Assembly: GCA_016215345.1 (NCBI GenBank)
Contig: JACRKD010000012.1
Location: 1-36,227 of the forward strand
Length of the DNA: 36,227 bases
DNA from: Candidatus Vogelbacteria bacterium
GTDB lineage: Bacteria > Patescibacteriota > Minisyncoccia > Phycocordibacterales > UBA12445
Direction of reading: 5' to 3'
In this document: piece by piece, positions 8,952 to 19,238 of the stretch
Layout of the letters: every line of letters begins with the position of its first letter
How positions within the stretch are numbered: the stretch's first letter is position 1
Program-made: the position numbers and the translations under genes
The notes under the pieces: model-generated
What the model saw: only the letters and a program-made list of their open reading frames with translations
Database searches by the model: none
What the model was told of the DNA's origin: nothing

Positions 8952-9557
8952 TTACAACCTCTCTAAATCTTTGTTACTTTTCTGTCTATACCAATAAAAC
9001 ATACCCGATAGTAAAACCAGGGCAAACAAAAGAAACATTGACGCGTAATTCAGACTATCATTTATCTGTGAAAACGCGTGGCCAAAAAAGTAGCCTATGA
9101 GTAATAACACTAACGACTTTGGTAATGTACCGATAAAGTTATACCAGATAAATTGCCAAAATGGAACATTAGCCATACCGGCGGCAAACAAAACAATAGT
9201 CCCGGCGGCATGCGTCAATTTACCGATAAGAAGTGTCTTGCCGGGATGCTTCTCGAAGTGGTTCTCCACTGCCTGCACCCTATCATCTGTTAGACCGAAA
9301 TGGTGCCCCCACTTATGAATAAAACTATGTCGACCGAAGTGGCCCATGCCATAGTTTATGGCGTCTCCAATCAGATCCCCGACAACTACAATGACGTAAA
9401 CAAACCAAATATTCAGATTGAAGTAACCAAAGGCCGGGGATGAGAGCATTCCGGCAATCATGGTAACAACCGGCCCCTCGATTATAGACAGTGGGAAAAG
9501 AATTATATATTTATATTGGATGAGAAGAGCAATGACTTCCCCATATGTAAAAAACAT
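8952..9557 (-). CDS. DedA family membrane protein
   Basis: IEGP, GDLIGD...Y.MG..G, AG...VPF.QF...N..G motifs; start placed at ATG 9557. Confidence 0.9.
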   Translation of the reverse strand: MFFTYGEVIALLIQYKYIILFPLSIIEGPVVTMIAGMLSSPAFGYFNLNIWFVYVIVVVGDLIGDAINYGMGHFGRHSFIHKWGHHFGLTDDRVQAVENHFEKHPGKTLLIGKLTHAAGTIVLFAAGMANVPFWQFIWYNFIGTLPKSLVLLLIGYFFGHAFSQINDSLNYASMFLLFALVLLSGMFYWYRQKSNKDLERL

Positions 9558-9567
9558 CCTGTAAAAA

Positions 9568-10377
9568 TTAAAGCTGACTCTCAATGTTATTTATAAACTC
9601 TTCGGCAGTCGCAAACCCCATCTTCTCTTCTTCGGTAAGCTGCCGATCTTTTCGCCGGTCCAGATAAATCTGAAGATATTTTCTCGCTTCGGAAACAAAC
9701 TGTTTATTATTGGTAAGTCCCGAAATGTTATCAGACCTCAACCGGTATAAACCCAAAACTTTTTCTATATAACCGAATTCATATTTTTCGCTAATTCGAT
9801 TCCAAAGCTCAACATCTTCGTGGATTCTTAAACTCTCATTGAACCCTCCGACATCCTCAATAACCTTTTTTCTGATTACTGCCGAAGATATCTGAATTGG
9901 TGAATTATCAATAAAAAACGGAACAGTGAACTTATTTTGGGGGGGATTTTTTTGGAAACGCGACCTTGTCTCTGTCACATAATTGACACCGATTTGCTGA
10001 TCCGCATACACGACAAAAGTATCCTGATGAGATTTTAAGTAGTTCATGGCGGTGGACAAAAAGTCCCTCGCCCATAGGTCATCGGCATCTAGAAAAGCCA
10101 GATACTCCCCTCTGGCCTCCTTAATACCAAAGTTCCTCGCCGCCGCGGCTCCCTTATTTTTAGTCTCGAAAAATCTAAGCTGGAGATCCACTTGCCCTGA
10201 TTTTGGTAGGAAGATAGATTTAACGTACTCTTCTGTACCATCATTAGAGCCGTCATCAACAACTATAATTTCATAATCAGAAAAATCCTCTGCCAAAACA
10301 CTTTTTATCGCCTCCTCTAAAAGATTCCGACGATTATAAGTTGGGATTATTACGCTAACCAAAGGCACTTTCTCCAC
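9568..10377 (-). CDS. GT2 family glycosyltransferase
   Basis: VSVIIPTYNR, VVDDGSNDGT, G...ARN.GI..A.GEY.AFLDADD, GGFNE, ED.ELW.R; start probably GTG 10377. Confidence 0.92.
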   Translation of the reverse strand: MEKVPLVSVIIPTYNRRNLLEEAIKSVLAEDFSDYEIIVVDDGSNDGTEEYVKSIFLPKSGQVDLQLRFFETKNKGAAAARNFGIKEARGEYLAFLDADDLWARDFLSTAMNYLKSHQDTFVVYADQQIGVNYVTETRSRFQKNPPQNKFTVPFFIDNSPIQISSAVIRKKVIEDVGGFNESLRIHEDVELWNRISEKYEFGYIEKVLGLYRLRSDNISGLTNNKQFVSEARKYLQIYLDRRKDRQLTEEEKMGFATAEEFINNIESQL

Positions 10378-10478
10378 AATAATAGTATATATCACCTGCC
10401 GGCCGGTATCTAGCCAAAAGCCTGTAACCCACCAAAAACCTCATAAATTAAGGAGTTATTGGCCATATGACTATATAG

Positions 10479-10931
10479 CTACCTCTGAAATTCTACCTCA
10501 AATGGATACATACCCATCCCGCAACTTCCCCATAACACACCGAAGGGCTGAACACCAAGATCAATATCTGTGCTTCCCGTTTGCGGAAGTATTTTGCTGA
10601 ATCCCAAGCTTGGAATAATGACCGCCGCCGAACAGTCAAAAGTGCCGTTTGTATTAATTCGCAAAACTGTCGGCATATCGGCTTTCGCGATACTCCTATA
10701 CGGTAGATATCCACCCTTGGCCCGGATTTCAACTATCTGACGACCGCCCACCAAGGAGACATTATCACCCGTAGTCGCGGAAGAAAAACCACTGCTGTCC
10801 CCTCCGCTAGAATTAACGAAGGCAATAGCGCCGACGACGATCAGCCCGGAAATTAAAACTGACACAACCACAGATTTCATCCCGCTAGGTACGCCAACTC
10901 CGTCTCCTAATTTTTTTTTATTTTTCGTCAA
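10479..10931 (-). CDS. Membrane-anchored cupredoxin-domain protein (CupA-like)
   Basis: TM anchor, KGGY.P, DCS and SCGMGMY motifs. Confidence 0.82.
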   Translation of the reverse strand: MTKNKKKLGDGVGVPSGMKSVVVSVLISGLIVVGAIAFVNSSGGDSSGFSSATTGDNVSLVGGRQIVEIRAKGGYLPYRSIAKADMPTVLRINTNGTFDCSAAVIIPSLGFSKILPQTGSTDIDLGVQPFGVLWGSCGMGMYPFEVEFQR

Positions 10932-10934
10932 ATT

Positions 10935-11957
10935 TTAAAAGTTAAAAACCGGAGGGAAGAGCCCGATCACAACCAAACTATTGATAATATTAAACAAGGC
11001 AAACAAGATAACTATAAGACCGGCGGTTTTAAAGAAAACCCCAGACCCGGAGCTACCCTTGATACTAAAAGAACTAAAACTTATTAAAGCCAAAACCGGC
11101 AGGGTCCCAAGGGCGAATGATAACATCGTTAATCCGCCAGAAAGAAAACTCCCTGCCGACAGCGTATAAAGTTGCATCGATTGTGTAAACCCGCATGGCA
11201 GAAAAAAAGTTGCGATACCAACCAAAAAAGGTGTAAACGTGTGATTAAAATTAGCAACTCCGATCGCATATCTGGAAATAACCTTCGGCATGCCGATTTG
11301 GAAACGTTTCGCAAGGTGAAAGGTATCTAACAAATTTACCCCCATTATTAACATAACCAGACCGACAAAGAAATTCAGAAGGAATGTCATGGTCGTATTC
11401 AAAACGAAGGCAGAACCCAGAGCGCCAATCATGCCACCGAGAATAAAAAACGAGGCAACGCGACCGATATGGAATAGAAGTTGCGGCCTCCATTTATCTC
11501 CCTCTTTGGCAAATGTAGCCGACATAGACAAGAGAAGTCCTCCGACAACCGCCATACAAGTTGAGAGAGAAGCGACCACCCCGATCATAAAAACCCCTCC
11601 GTAAGAAAGTTCCCCGCTTCCTATTAAATTTAATAAACCGGCTTTCTGTAGCAAAACAAACAACGCAATAAATACCGTAGCTATCGGTATCGCAATCTTG
11701 AACTCTGACCAATTCACTTCCTTTATTGGTCTTGCGATAGACAAGGAGTACCCGTGCTTTCGTAACTTATGCGAAAGTTCCATGGCCACGGCTTCCGGTG
11801 ACCTACCTCCAAAATTACCAGTTACTACGACAGAGTGGTCTTTGAGACTAGACTTAGCACTCGTGATATAAGATACACCTCGAAGTTCATTCTCGATTAA
11901 AAGTACGCACAACTTGCAGTGCATTCCAGCGACATAAAACGTAAAAGTTTGTTCCAT
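10935..11957 (-). CDS. HMA domain fused to a DsbD_2/TauE-like multipass membrane protein
   Basis: GMHCKLC HMA motif; TM motifs STCMAVVGG, FH.GR, FFLPCGFTQ, FALGTLP. Confidence 0.88.
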   Translation of the reverse strand: MEQTFTFYVAGMHCKLCVLLIENELRGVSYITSAKSSLKDHSVVVTGNFGGRSPEAVAMELSHKLRKHGYSLSIARPIKEVNWSEFKIAIPIATVFIALFVLLQKAGLLNLIGSGELSYGGVFMIGVVASLSTCMAVVGGLLLSMSATFAKEGDKWRPQLLFHIGRVASFFILGGMIGALGSAFVLNTTMTFLLNFFVGLVMLIMGVNLLDTFHLAKRFQIGMPKVISRYAIGVANFNHTFTPFLVGIATFFLPCGFTQSMQLYTLSAGSFLSGGLTMLSFALGTLPVLALISFSSFSIKGSSGSGVFFKTAGLIVILFALFNIINSLVVIGLFPPVFNF

Positions 11958-11961
11958 ATTC

Positions 11962-14196
11962 CTAACTATTTAGTCTAAACCTGTTTAGAAGTAGCGAGTT
12001 GCCCACAACAGAGACAGAACTTGTAGCCATGGCAACGGAGGCAAAAATCGGGTTCATCAATATCCCCCAAATAGGATAGAGTATCCCCATCGCAACAGGT
12101 ATCAGGAGCACATTGTACGCGAATGCCCAGAAGAGATTCAATTTGATCGTTCGCATAGTCCTCTTTGAAAGTAATATAGCGCCGGCCACTGTTCTCAAAT
12201 CTTTGTTGATCAAGGTTATATCGGCCGCCTCAATCGCGACATCCGTTCCTGTGCCCATGGCGATACCGACATCTGCCGCAACCAGAGCCGGCGCGTCATT
12301 TATTCCGTCGCCAACCATAGCGACTATTCTGCCCTCGGCTTGGATTTTCCTCACCTCTGCCTCTTTTTCTTGGGGCAAAACTTCAGCCAGCACTCTTTTA
12401 ATCCCAACTTGTGAAGCTATCGCCGTAGCCGTCCTCATATTGTCTCCGGTTATCATAATAGGTTCTACACCCATCCCTATCAACATAAGAATCCCGGCCT
12501 TCGATGACTCTTTGACTGTATCGGCAACGGCAATTAGTGATTCCAGGTTACCATCGATAGCGAGCATCATTACCGTTTTCCCCTCGCCTTCTAACCTTTC
12601 GACCTCTGCCAAATTATTGCCGAGCGAAACAGTTTCTTTGTCCATCAACCTCTTATTACCCAAAATAACACGTCTACTGTCCAGCACCCCTTCTACTCCG
12701 TGGCCGGGAATAGCCCTAAACCCTTCAGCCCTAACTAACGCAATGTTTTCCGTCTCTGCTTTACTCACAATACTTTCAGCCAGTGAGTGTTCCGAGCCTT
12801 TTTCCAAAGATGCGGCAAATTTGAGCGCCTCATCATGGGAAACGCCACCGACCGTTATTATATCCGTCACCTCCGGTTTGCCTTTTGTTAGAGTTCCTGT
12901 TTTGTCAAAAATTACAGTAGTCACCTTATGAGCGGTTTCTAAACTCTCCGCATCTTTAATCAAGATTCCACTCTCCGCGCCCTTGCCCGTTCCAACCATT
13001 ATAGCTGTCGGCGTCGCGAGCCCCATAGCGCAAGGGCAAGCGATTATAAGCACGGCGATCATATTAAGCAGCGCGTAGAGAAGCGCCGGTGCTGGTCCCC
13101 AAACATACCAACCAACGAAAGTAACAATGGACAACATTAAAACTATCGGTACAAAATTGGCAGAGACCAGATCGGCCAATCGCTGTATTGGCGCCTTACT
13201 CCCCTGCGCGTCCTCAACCAATTTAATGATTTGCGCGAGCATGGTTTCGGATCCAACCTTAGTGGTCTTAAAGGTAAAACTGCCGTTCTTGTTTAATGTC
13301 GCCCCGACAACAGTATCCCCGACAGTTTTGTCCACAGGCATACTCTCACCGTTTATCATGGACTCATCTATTGACGACTCACCTTCTAAGATAACCCCAT
13401 CAACAGGAATCTTTTCTCCGGGACGCACACGGATTACATCTCCTATCAACACATCTTTTATCTCTATATCAATCTCCTTGCCATCTCTCAAAACCCTAGC
13501 GGTCCTTGCTTGAAGGCCGATAAGTTTTTTAATCGCTTCAGATGTTCCCGCCTTGGCCTTAGCTTCGAAGTAACGACCGAGAAGAATCAAGCCAATAATG
13601 ATTGTAGATACATCGAAGTAGGGCATCGGATCAATTCCTATCTCTTGAACAACTTTCGGAAAGACCGTAACAAAAGCTGAATAGAGATACGCGACGGTCG
13701 TACCAATAACAACTAGAGTGTCCATATTGGCCGTTCTGTGCTTCAAGGCTGGAATTGTCGCTCGGTAAAACGCAAAACCTGCCCAGAACTGCACCGGGGT
13801 CGCCAAAATTAATTGCACCCAAAATTCTCGCAAAATTTTCGGCGCCGTCTCCATAAGTCCGGGGAAACTACCCCAGAGAATTAACGCCCCAAGTGTCAAA
13901 CTCACAATAACTTTAAATACAAGAGAATTTAGTTCCCTTAATTTTTCCTGTTTTTCTTCATCTTCTGATTGAAGCTCCTCACCAATCATCGCCTCATATC
14001 CAACATTTGAAACCGCAGAACTTATGTGTTCATCCGTAACCAAAGCTGGATCGTAATCAACGGTCGCCTTAGCACTGGCCAAATTTACAGACGCGATAGA
14101 AACCCCTGGAACTTTTTTAAGCGACCCTTCGATCATGGCCACGCACGACGCGCAGTGCATCCCCTTAATCGAAAAAGTTTTTTTGATATTGGCCAT
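11962..14196 (-). CDS. copA: Copper-translocating P1B-1 ATPase
   Basis: GMHCASC metal-binding domain, [25 protein letters not shown] and MATSS Cu(I) signature residues. Confidence 0.96.
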   Translation of the reverse strand: MANIKKTFSIKGMHCASCVAMIEGSLKKVPGVSIASVNLASAKATVDYDPALVTDEHISSAVSNVGYEAMIGEELQSEDEEKQEKLRELNSLVFKVIVSLTLGALILWGSFPGLMETAPKILREFWVQLILATPVQFWAGFAFYRATIPALKHRTANMDTLVVIGTTVAYLYSAFVTVFPKVVQEIGIDPMPYFDVSTIIIGLILLGRYFEAKAKAGTSEAIKKLIGLQARTARVLRDGKEIDIEIKDVLIGDVIRVRPGEKIPVDGVILEGESSIDESMINGESMPVDKTVGDTVVGATLNKNGSFTFKTTKVGSETMLAQIIKLVEDAQGSKAPIQRLADLVSANFVPIVLMLSIVTFVGWYVWGPAPALLYALLNMIAVLIIACPCAMGLATPTAIMVGTGKGAESGILIKDAESLETAHKVTTVIFDKTGTLTKGKPEVTDIITVGGVSHDEALKFAASLEKGSEHSLAESIVSKAETENIALVRAEGFRAIPGHGVEGVLDSRRVILGNKRLMDKETVSLGNNLAEVERLEGEGKTVMMLAIDGNLESLIAVADTVKESSKAGILMLIGMGVEPIMITGDNMRTATAIASQVGIKRVLAEVLPQEKEAEVRKIQAEGRIVAMVGDGINDAPALVAADVGIAMGTGTDVAIEAADITLINKDLRTVAGAILLSKRTMRTIKLNLFWAFAYNVLLIPVAMGILYPIWGILMNPIFASVAMATSSVSVVGNSLLLNRFRLNS

Positions 14197-14214
14197 AATG
14201 AATTTATCGATTTT

Positions 14215-14823
14215 CTAATAATTTTTTCTAAATAAGTGCGCCTCTTTGATAATGGGGAAAGTTCTTTCTGCGACGAAGGAGAAACCGTTGTTAGTAAAAG
14301 CGTTGATATTATTTATATAAGAATGCGGAGTGAATTTATATATCTTAGCAATTATTTTCCCAAGCCAGTTATTCTTAACTGGTGTATTTAGAAAGTAACC
14401 ACCTTTCTTAAGACATGGAGCAAGACTTTTTACAGCCATTTCTATATTCTTAACGTACTCTAAAACACCCCCGGTTACGATGAGATCGAACTGCTCCGAT
14501 TCAAATTTTAGTGGTTTAGTCACATCGCCATTAAATATAGAGACGTGTTCATCTAATTTTTTTCTTCGGACAGTCGTTTCCATTATCTCAGTCATGGCAC
14601 TGTTCAGATCAAAGGCCTCTACTGAGACGTTAGGAAATCGTCTTAATATCGCAAAGGTATAAAGACCTGTTCCACAACCAGCGTCAAGAACCTTAAATCT
14701 ATCTTGTTTCTGAAATGGTATTGGAGCAATAAAATAGCTGACCGCCAACCTATACCCAAAAATCCACAGTCCAAGGTCGTAAAATCTTGCAATTTTATAA
14801 TAAAAATTATTTGGGTCAGTCAT
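14215..14823 (-). CDS. Class I SAM-dependent methyltransferase
   Basis: VLDAGCGTG, FDLIV..GVLEYV, LKKGG. Confidence 0.88.
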   Translation of the reverse strand: MTDPNNFYYKIARFYDLGLWIFGYRLAVSYFIAPIPFQKQDRFKVLDAGCGTGLYTFAILRRFPNVSVEAFDLNSAMTEIMETTVRRKKLDEHVSIFNGDVTKPLKFESEQFDLIVTGGVLEYVKNIEMAVKSLAPCLKKGGYFLNTPVKNNWLGKIIAKIYKFTPHSYINNINAFTNNGFSFVAERTFPIIKEAHLFRKNY

Positions 14824-14826
14824 ATT

Positions 14827-15393
14827 TTACTCTTTAAGATTCTTTTCCCATTCAAAAACTGCTCCTCCGAGATTAACGAACCTGCTAAGATTGCTGAACC
14901 TAAGTTCACTTTTTTTGCTCGACAAGATCACGGCTAGTTTTTCAAAATCCCTAATATGAGCACCCTTGTCCAGCCAAAAGACAGGATAAGCTAAGAATTT
15001 CATCTGTCCAGGTAGCACCAGGTCCACTATCAAAACATGGCCATGTTCCTTGGTGACACGAAACATTTCATGTAATACCCTTGCACATTCATCGTCAGAT
15101 AAGTGGTGAAAAACGGCAACTGAAAACGACAAATCAAAACTACTGTCTGGAAAATTAATTTTTGTCGCGTCCATAGTTTCAAAACGAGAATTTGGATACT
15201 TCTTCTTCGCGCTCTCTACCTCACTCAGTTCTTTATCGATGCCGATATAACCGTTATCAAATAACTCCGAAACCATACCGGAACCACAGCCTACATCCAA
15301 AACATCCCCGCCTTTAAATTGTACCGAGTCAAGGTATTGTTTCAGTCCGTCTTTTTCAATTTTCTCAAACCATTTTTCTAATACTCCAAACAT
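14827..15393 (-). CDS. Class I SAM-dependent methyltransferase
   Basis: VLDVGCGSG, FPDSSFD, VFHHL, EMFRV.K; the start may be ATG 15393 or TTG 15414. Confidence 0.88.
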   Translation of the reverse strand: MFGVLEKWFEKIEKDGLKQYLDSVQFKGGDVLDVGCGSGMVSELFDNGYIGIDKELSEVESAKKKYPNSRFETMDATKINFPDSSFDLSFSVAVFHHLSDDECARVLHEMFRVTKEHGHVLIVDLVLPGQMKFLAYPVFWLDKGAHIRDFEKLAVILSSKKSELRFSNLSRFVNLGGAVFEWEKNLKE

Positions 15394-15410
15394 GTTGTTA
15401 ACTTGGAGGT

Positions 15411-16141
15411 TCAACCTCCAATTGATGCTACCGTAACAGCCGCTGTAAGATAATCCAAAAAACTTTTCTTATCTAAATAAATCGGCTTCAATTCATCTCT
15501 CAGTTTAAAAAGTTGCGGGTAATTTTTGAGATATCTGTCGATACCTTGAGTATTAGGAATCCAAAGTTTATTCAATGTTGGCTCGAGACCTAAAATAAAC
15601 ACTGTTGTTATTTCGTTAAGTGCCCAAAAAGGCTACCCCAACTGCTACCCTCTTTTGATTCAAGATATTTCGAATCAAAGATATACCACATCTGTACCAT
15701 CAGAATTTCGTGAGCTATTTTTCTTTTCTGCGCATTAGGATCTTCATAAGCATCACACGCAACTACGTTCTTACCTCTGTTAGAAATCCCTCGGTGAAAT
15801 GGACTGACTACTACCCTGTATTCGGAAAATTCCCACGGCACACCCGTTATATTTTCCACCTCGTTGTAAAAAATATCATTTATCTCATCCCATGTTTTTT
15901 GATAGTCGCTAACAGCCTTGTCAGTTATTTGCTCCTCATCCGCGTGCCTTTCCCACACGACCTTTTCAATTGCATCTTTTGCCTCTTCATAATTTTGAAC
16001 GGTTGAGATCATGGTCAACAACTCATCACCAATCTTCATCGTCCTTGCCCGATTCACCACACCGGCGGGATCCAGACTCTTTAACATTGACCACATCACA
16101 CGGGCGTCATATTCCGAATTTTTGGCAAAAATTGTTTTCAT
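15411..16141 (-). pseudogene. Hypothetical protein split by one frameshift (ORFs 15608-16141 and 15411-15602)
   Basis: Adding one T to the T5 run (15626-15630) joins ...WGSLF to WALNEITTVFILGLEP... This may be a sequencing error. Confidence 0.6.
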
Positions 16142-16161
16142 TTGCTAATTATATAGCCATA

Positions 16162-17127
16162 TTATTTTTTTAACAACAATAAAATCAATCCGATAATTCG
16201 GTCTTTATGCGATGGATCACTTTCAGCAACAAGAACGGTAAGTGCTGTAAGCGCGGAGGGGGTTAATTTAGACGTATCCAGGATATTAGCTTGCTTTAAA
16301 AACCAGACGAATGCAAAAGCGCCCGATCGCTTATTACCGTCGGTATAAGGATGATTCTTCACCATAAAATACAAAAGGTGTGCGGCTTTTTCTTCTACGG
16401 TCGGATAAAGTTCATTACCGCCAAAGGATTGCATTACGTTACCAACAATTCCCGCGACCGATCCCGCGCTCCGCTCATGACCAAATATTTCTGTCGCTTC
16501 ATCTTTTCCGATTAAAGTTCGACGTAGTTCCTTCAACCCTTCCGATACATTGGTAACGGTAATATCGACTTTTTTCTTTGTCAGTTTACCTTTTGGTGAA
16601 CGCTCCTTATCGTATGCATCAAGCGAGATCCATGTATCTGCAAATAGAGTAATTAGTTCAACCACATCTTTCGGATTAATCGAGGAACATGAAGGCAGAA
16701 GTTCCTTAACATCATCAACCATTCTCAAAAACTGCGCATAATTTTTCGCAACACGGCTTTTGTTTATTGCGAACCCATCCACAATATAGTTTCGTAATGT
16801 CTTCGTCGCCCAACGTCGAAACTCTATCGCGACCCTTGAATTTATCCTGTACCCAACACCCAAAATTACGTCGAATGAATAGAGGGTTAGCGGTTTATCG
16901 GAATTTGCATTATGCATTTTTTGCATATTGCTTTTCTCATCAATTTCACCATCTTTAAATATGTTATGAATATGACGAGACACTACCGACTGATCCACAC
17001 CAAAAAGATCTACAATCTGTGCCTGTGTAGCCCATATGGTCTCATGCGAAAAATCCCCGCGAAGTTCGATCGCACCATTCTTCGCCTGATATATAATCAC
17101 CCCTTTATTTTTCTGTGTGTTTTTCAT
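16162..17127 (-). CDS. RhuM-like N-terminal domain plus Fic/Doc domain protein
   Basis: ETIWATQAQI..LF, VGYRINS..A..FRRWA, and the Doc-type motif HPYTDGNKR. Confidence 0.92.
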   Translation of the reverse strand: MKNTQKNKGVIIYQAKNGAIELRGDFSHETIWATQAQIVDLFGVDQSVVSRHIHNIFKDGEIDEKSNMQKMHNANSDKPLTLYSFDVILGVGYRINSRVAIEFRRWATKTLRNYIVDGFAINKSRVAKNYAQFLRMVDDVKELLPSCSSINPKDVVELITLFADTWISLDAYDKERSPKGKLTKKKVDITVTNVSEGLKELRRTLIGKDEATEIFGHERSAGSVAGIVGNVMQSFGGNELYPTVEEKAAHLLYFMVKNHPYTDGNKRSGAFAFVWFLKQANILDTSKLTPSALTALTVLVAESDPSHKDRIIGLILLLLKK

Positions 17128-17150
17128 CCTCAAGATTCTATCACATTGTT

Positions 17151-17513
17151 CTACTCAACAATTATTTTTCCATGATACATATTCATCCCGCAGGAGTAAG
17201 TAAATTCGCCTATTTTGTTTGGCGTGATTTGGATAAAAACTTTTTGATTGAGGGGCAAAATCTTACGGATATTAAAATCTCCAAACACCACCTCCTCCAG
17301 ACACCCGGTCGGATCAGTACGAGTGAAATTAAGCGTAGTCGTCTTTCCCACTGGCACAGATATAACCTCTGGGTTATATCCTCCCTCCACCTTTATATCA
17401 ATAGAACCGGAAACCGCCACCGCCTTTTTATCTTTTTTATTCATAAAAAACCAATAAACAAAAACTATTGCTACTAATCCCACGACTATAACCAAAATTT
17501 TATCCGGAGTCAT
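17151..17513 (-). CDS. Membrane-anchored cupredoxin copper chaperone (CupA-like)
   Basis: TM anchor, V.GGY.P..I, GCLEEV, YSCGMNMYHGKI. Confidence 0.88.
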   Translation of the reverse strand: MTPDKILVIVVGLVAIVFVYWFFMNKKDKKAVAVSGSIDIKVEGGYNPEVISVPVGKTTTLNFTRTDPTGCLEEVVFGDFNIRKILPLNQKVFIQITPNKIGEFTYSCGMNMYHGKIIVE

Positions 17514-17549
17514 TGTATTTTTTATAAAGTTATAAAAGGCAGTCCCGTG

Positions 17550-17813
17550 TTACTGCTCGATACTAGAATTGTGCATCCAAACATAGTACCAACCAAAAAA
17601 CCAAGCTCCAATAAATACATAGACCGCTCCGAGCAAGAAACTGCCAAGGTCTAACCAAGTAAATCCCGGAAGTGTTTCAAAAAGTAAATGGTGTAATTTC
17701 ACTGCTTCCACGCTACGAAGAGGCAAAAGGCCGCCCAAAACACATAGCGTATAAACAATTTCTCCACCCAAAACGCACTTCCACACATACGATTGAAAAT
17801 TTAATTTCCCCAT
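17550..17813 (-). CDS. Small membrane protein (DUF5676-like)
   Basis: Two TM segments with Y.LCV, HH and PGF.W motifs; ATG at 17813. Confidence 0.65.
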   Translation of the reverse strand: MGKLNFQSYVWKCVLGGEIVYTLCVLGGLLPLRSVEAVKLHHLLFETLPGFTWLDLGSFLLGAVYVFIGAWFFGWYYVWMHNSSIEQ

Positions 17814-17866
17814 ATTTTTATAATTATTTAATAATCTATCTCGCCCGCGCAAAGCTACCTTGTGCG

Positions 17867-18622
17867 CTAAACATACCCCCTCCCCCTATGTGCTATTATA
17901 GCATGTCCAGCATATGAGATCATAACCCCAAGAGCAACAACAGACACAAACAGTCCGAAACCTTCATTATACGGGTCGCTGAACAATCCAACATCAGAGT
18001 GGGGAATCGAAATTGAAAGAATGAAATAGGTTCCAAGAGTAATCGCCCTCGTCTGAAGCCATCTTTCTCTATCAACAAACGCCACGACGAGCGCGGACAG
18101 AAGTACGGTGAGATGATGAATGGAGCTTAGAGTATAATTCAAATAAATAAACACCCAATTCCAAATAGTATAGCCGATAATCCACGCTAGGGACATTCCG
18201 TCCCAATGAACGTCTTTGTATTTTCCGTCGGTACCCAGATGAATAGTATCCACCCTATTCAATGTAAGAATTACCAAGAGACCGGCCACCGCATTAAGAT
18301 AGTTCGCAATATTGCCAGCCGAAATGTCCTTAATAACCGCCTCAAGAATATTGGCAACAAGAAATAGATAGATAGCCCATCGACCAAAACTTGTACGTCC
18401 GAGACTAGTAACCCTAAACAAAACAATCAAAACAATGCCCGCCATAACGGAAAATCCCTTAACCCACGGGAACCAACCCAAAACTCCTGATGATTCCCAA
18501 TAAGGAATAAGCAAAATTGGAATAACCGTAAATGTAACCAACGTTAATTTTGGACAACGACGAAATATCTCTTCCATCAGAAGTAAAATAATAAATATAA
18601 ACAAAAAATACAGTAAGGTCAT
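17867..18622 (-). CDS. Multipass membrane protein (DUF5692-like)
   Basis: WF.WVK..S, NILEAV..D, YLNA.AG, WII.Y..WN..F.Y, WLQ.RA.TL motifs; GGAGG SD. Confidence 0.72.
   Translation of the reverse strand: MTLLYFLFIFIILLLMEEIFRRCPKLTLVTFTVIPILLIPYWESSGVLGWFPWVKGFSVMAGIVLIVLFRVTSLGRTSFGRWAIYLFLVANILEAVIKDISAGNIANYLNAVAGLLVILTLNRVDTIHLGTDGKYKDVHWDGMSLAWIIGYTIWNWVFIYLNYTLSSIHHLTVLLSALVVAFVDRERWLQTRAITLGTYFILSISIPHSDVGLFSDPYNEGFGLFVSVVALGVMISYAGHAIIAHRGRGYV
17872..17903 (-). promoter_or_regulatory. Candidate internal promoter with a second CsoR-type operator
   Basis: Extended -10 TGCTATAAT (17903-17895) followed by CATAGGGGGAGGGGGTATG, a G tract flanked by CATA/TATG. Confidence 0.45.
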
Positions 18623-18645
18623 AAAAATCCCTCCTATATCACGTT

Positions 18646-19194
18646 TTACTTCTTCGAAAAAACTTTACGGCCTAACCAAACGACGGCCAAAACTAAAAGT
18701 ACTGTGACTAGAATTTGGTAGATTAACCCGAACCAATACATACCAGTCGATGACCCGCCCCAATTGCCCATCATACCGTAGCCACCATATCGAGATCCGT
18801 ATCCACCCATCATGCTTCCATATCCTCCCCAGCTACCCATCATTCCATATCCGTAATTAGAAACGCCCGTGCTGTCGTAACCTGTACCCAAAAATTGCTT
18901 ACCCATCTGAATATGCATAGCCCGCTCACCTGTCTCGCCAAATCTCGCAACTAAGGATTGATTCATGGCCTCATGCCCCGCCACCATCATAAGGCCCATG
19001 GCATACTCCCCCACTAGCTCAAACTGCTCATCGTTTAGTGAAGAGTATTGAAGCGTTTTGGCCTGAACTTGCTCTACGATGGCCCGACCCTCCGCCTCCT
19101 CTTCGGCTACCGAGGCCGCGAAAGCCACAGACGATCCCATCGACACGGCTATTAGTAATATCCCCGATAAAATTGCGATATCTTTTTTACTCAT
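18646..19194 (-). CDS. Exported membrane-anchored protein with Met/Gly-rich (GYGMMG) repeats
   Basis: Signal peptide, H..M..MH..MG helical domain, repeated YG(x)MMG, C-terminal TM helix. Confidence 0.78.
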   Translation of the reverse strand: MSKKDIAILSGILLIAVSMGSSVAFAASVAEEEAEGRAIVEQVQAKTLQYSSLNDEQFELVGEYAMGLMMVAGHEAMNQSLVARFGETGERAMHIQMGKQFLGTGYDSTGVSNYGYGMMGSWGGYGSMMGGYGSRYGGYGMMGNWGGSSTGMYWFGLIYQILVTVLLVLAVVWLGRKVFSKK

Positions 19195-19238
19195 ACCAAT
19201 AAAATTATTTTTGTAAATCTAACTATAATTGTATCATT

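Noticed and set aside
12113-13513. Long plus-strand ORFs (272 aa and 128 aa) and similar antisense ORFs elsewhere
   Set aside because: They are antisense shadows of copA and other well-supported genes, with no motifs of their own
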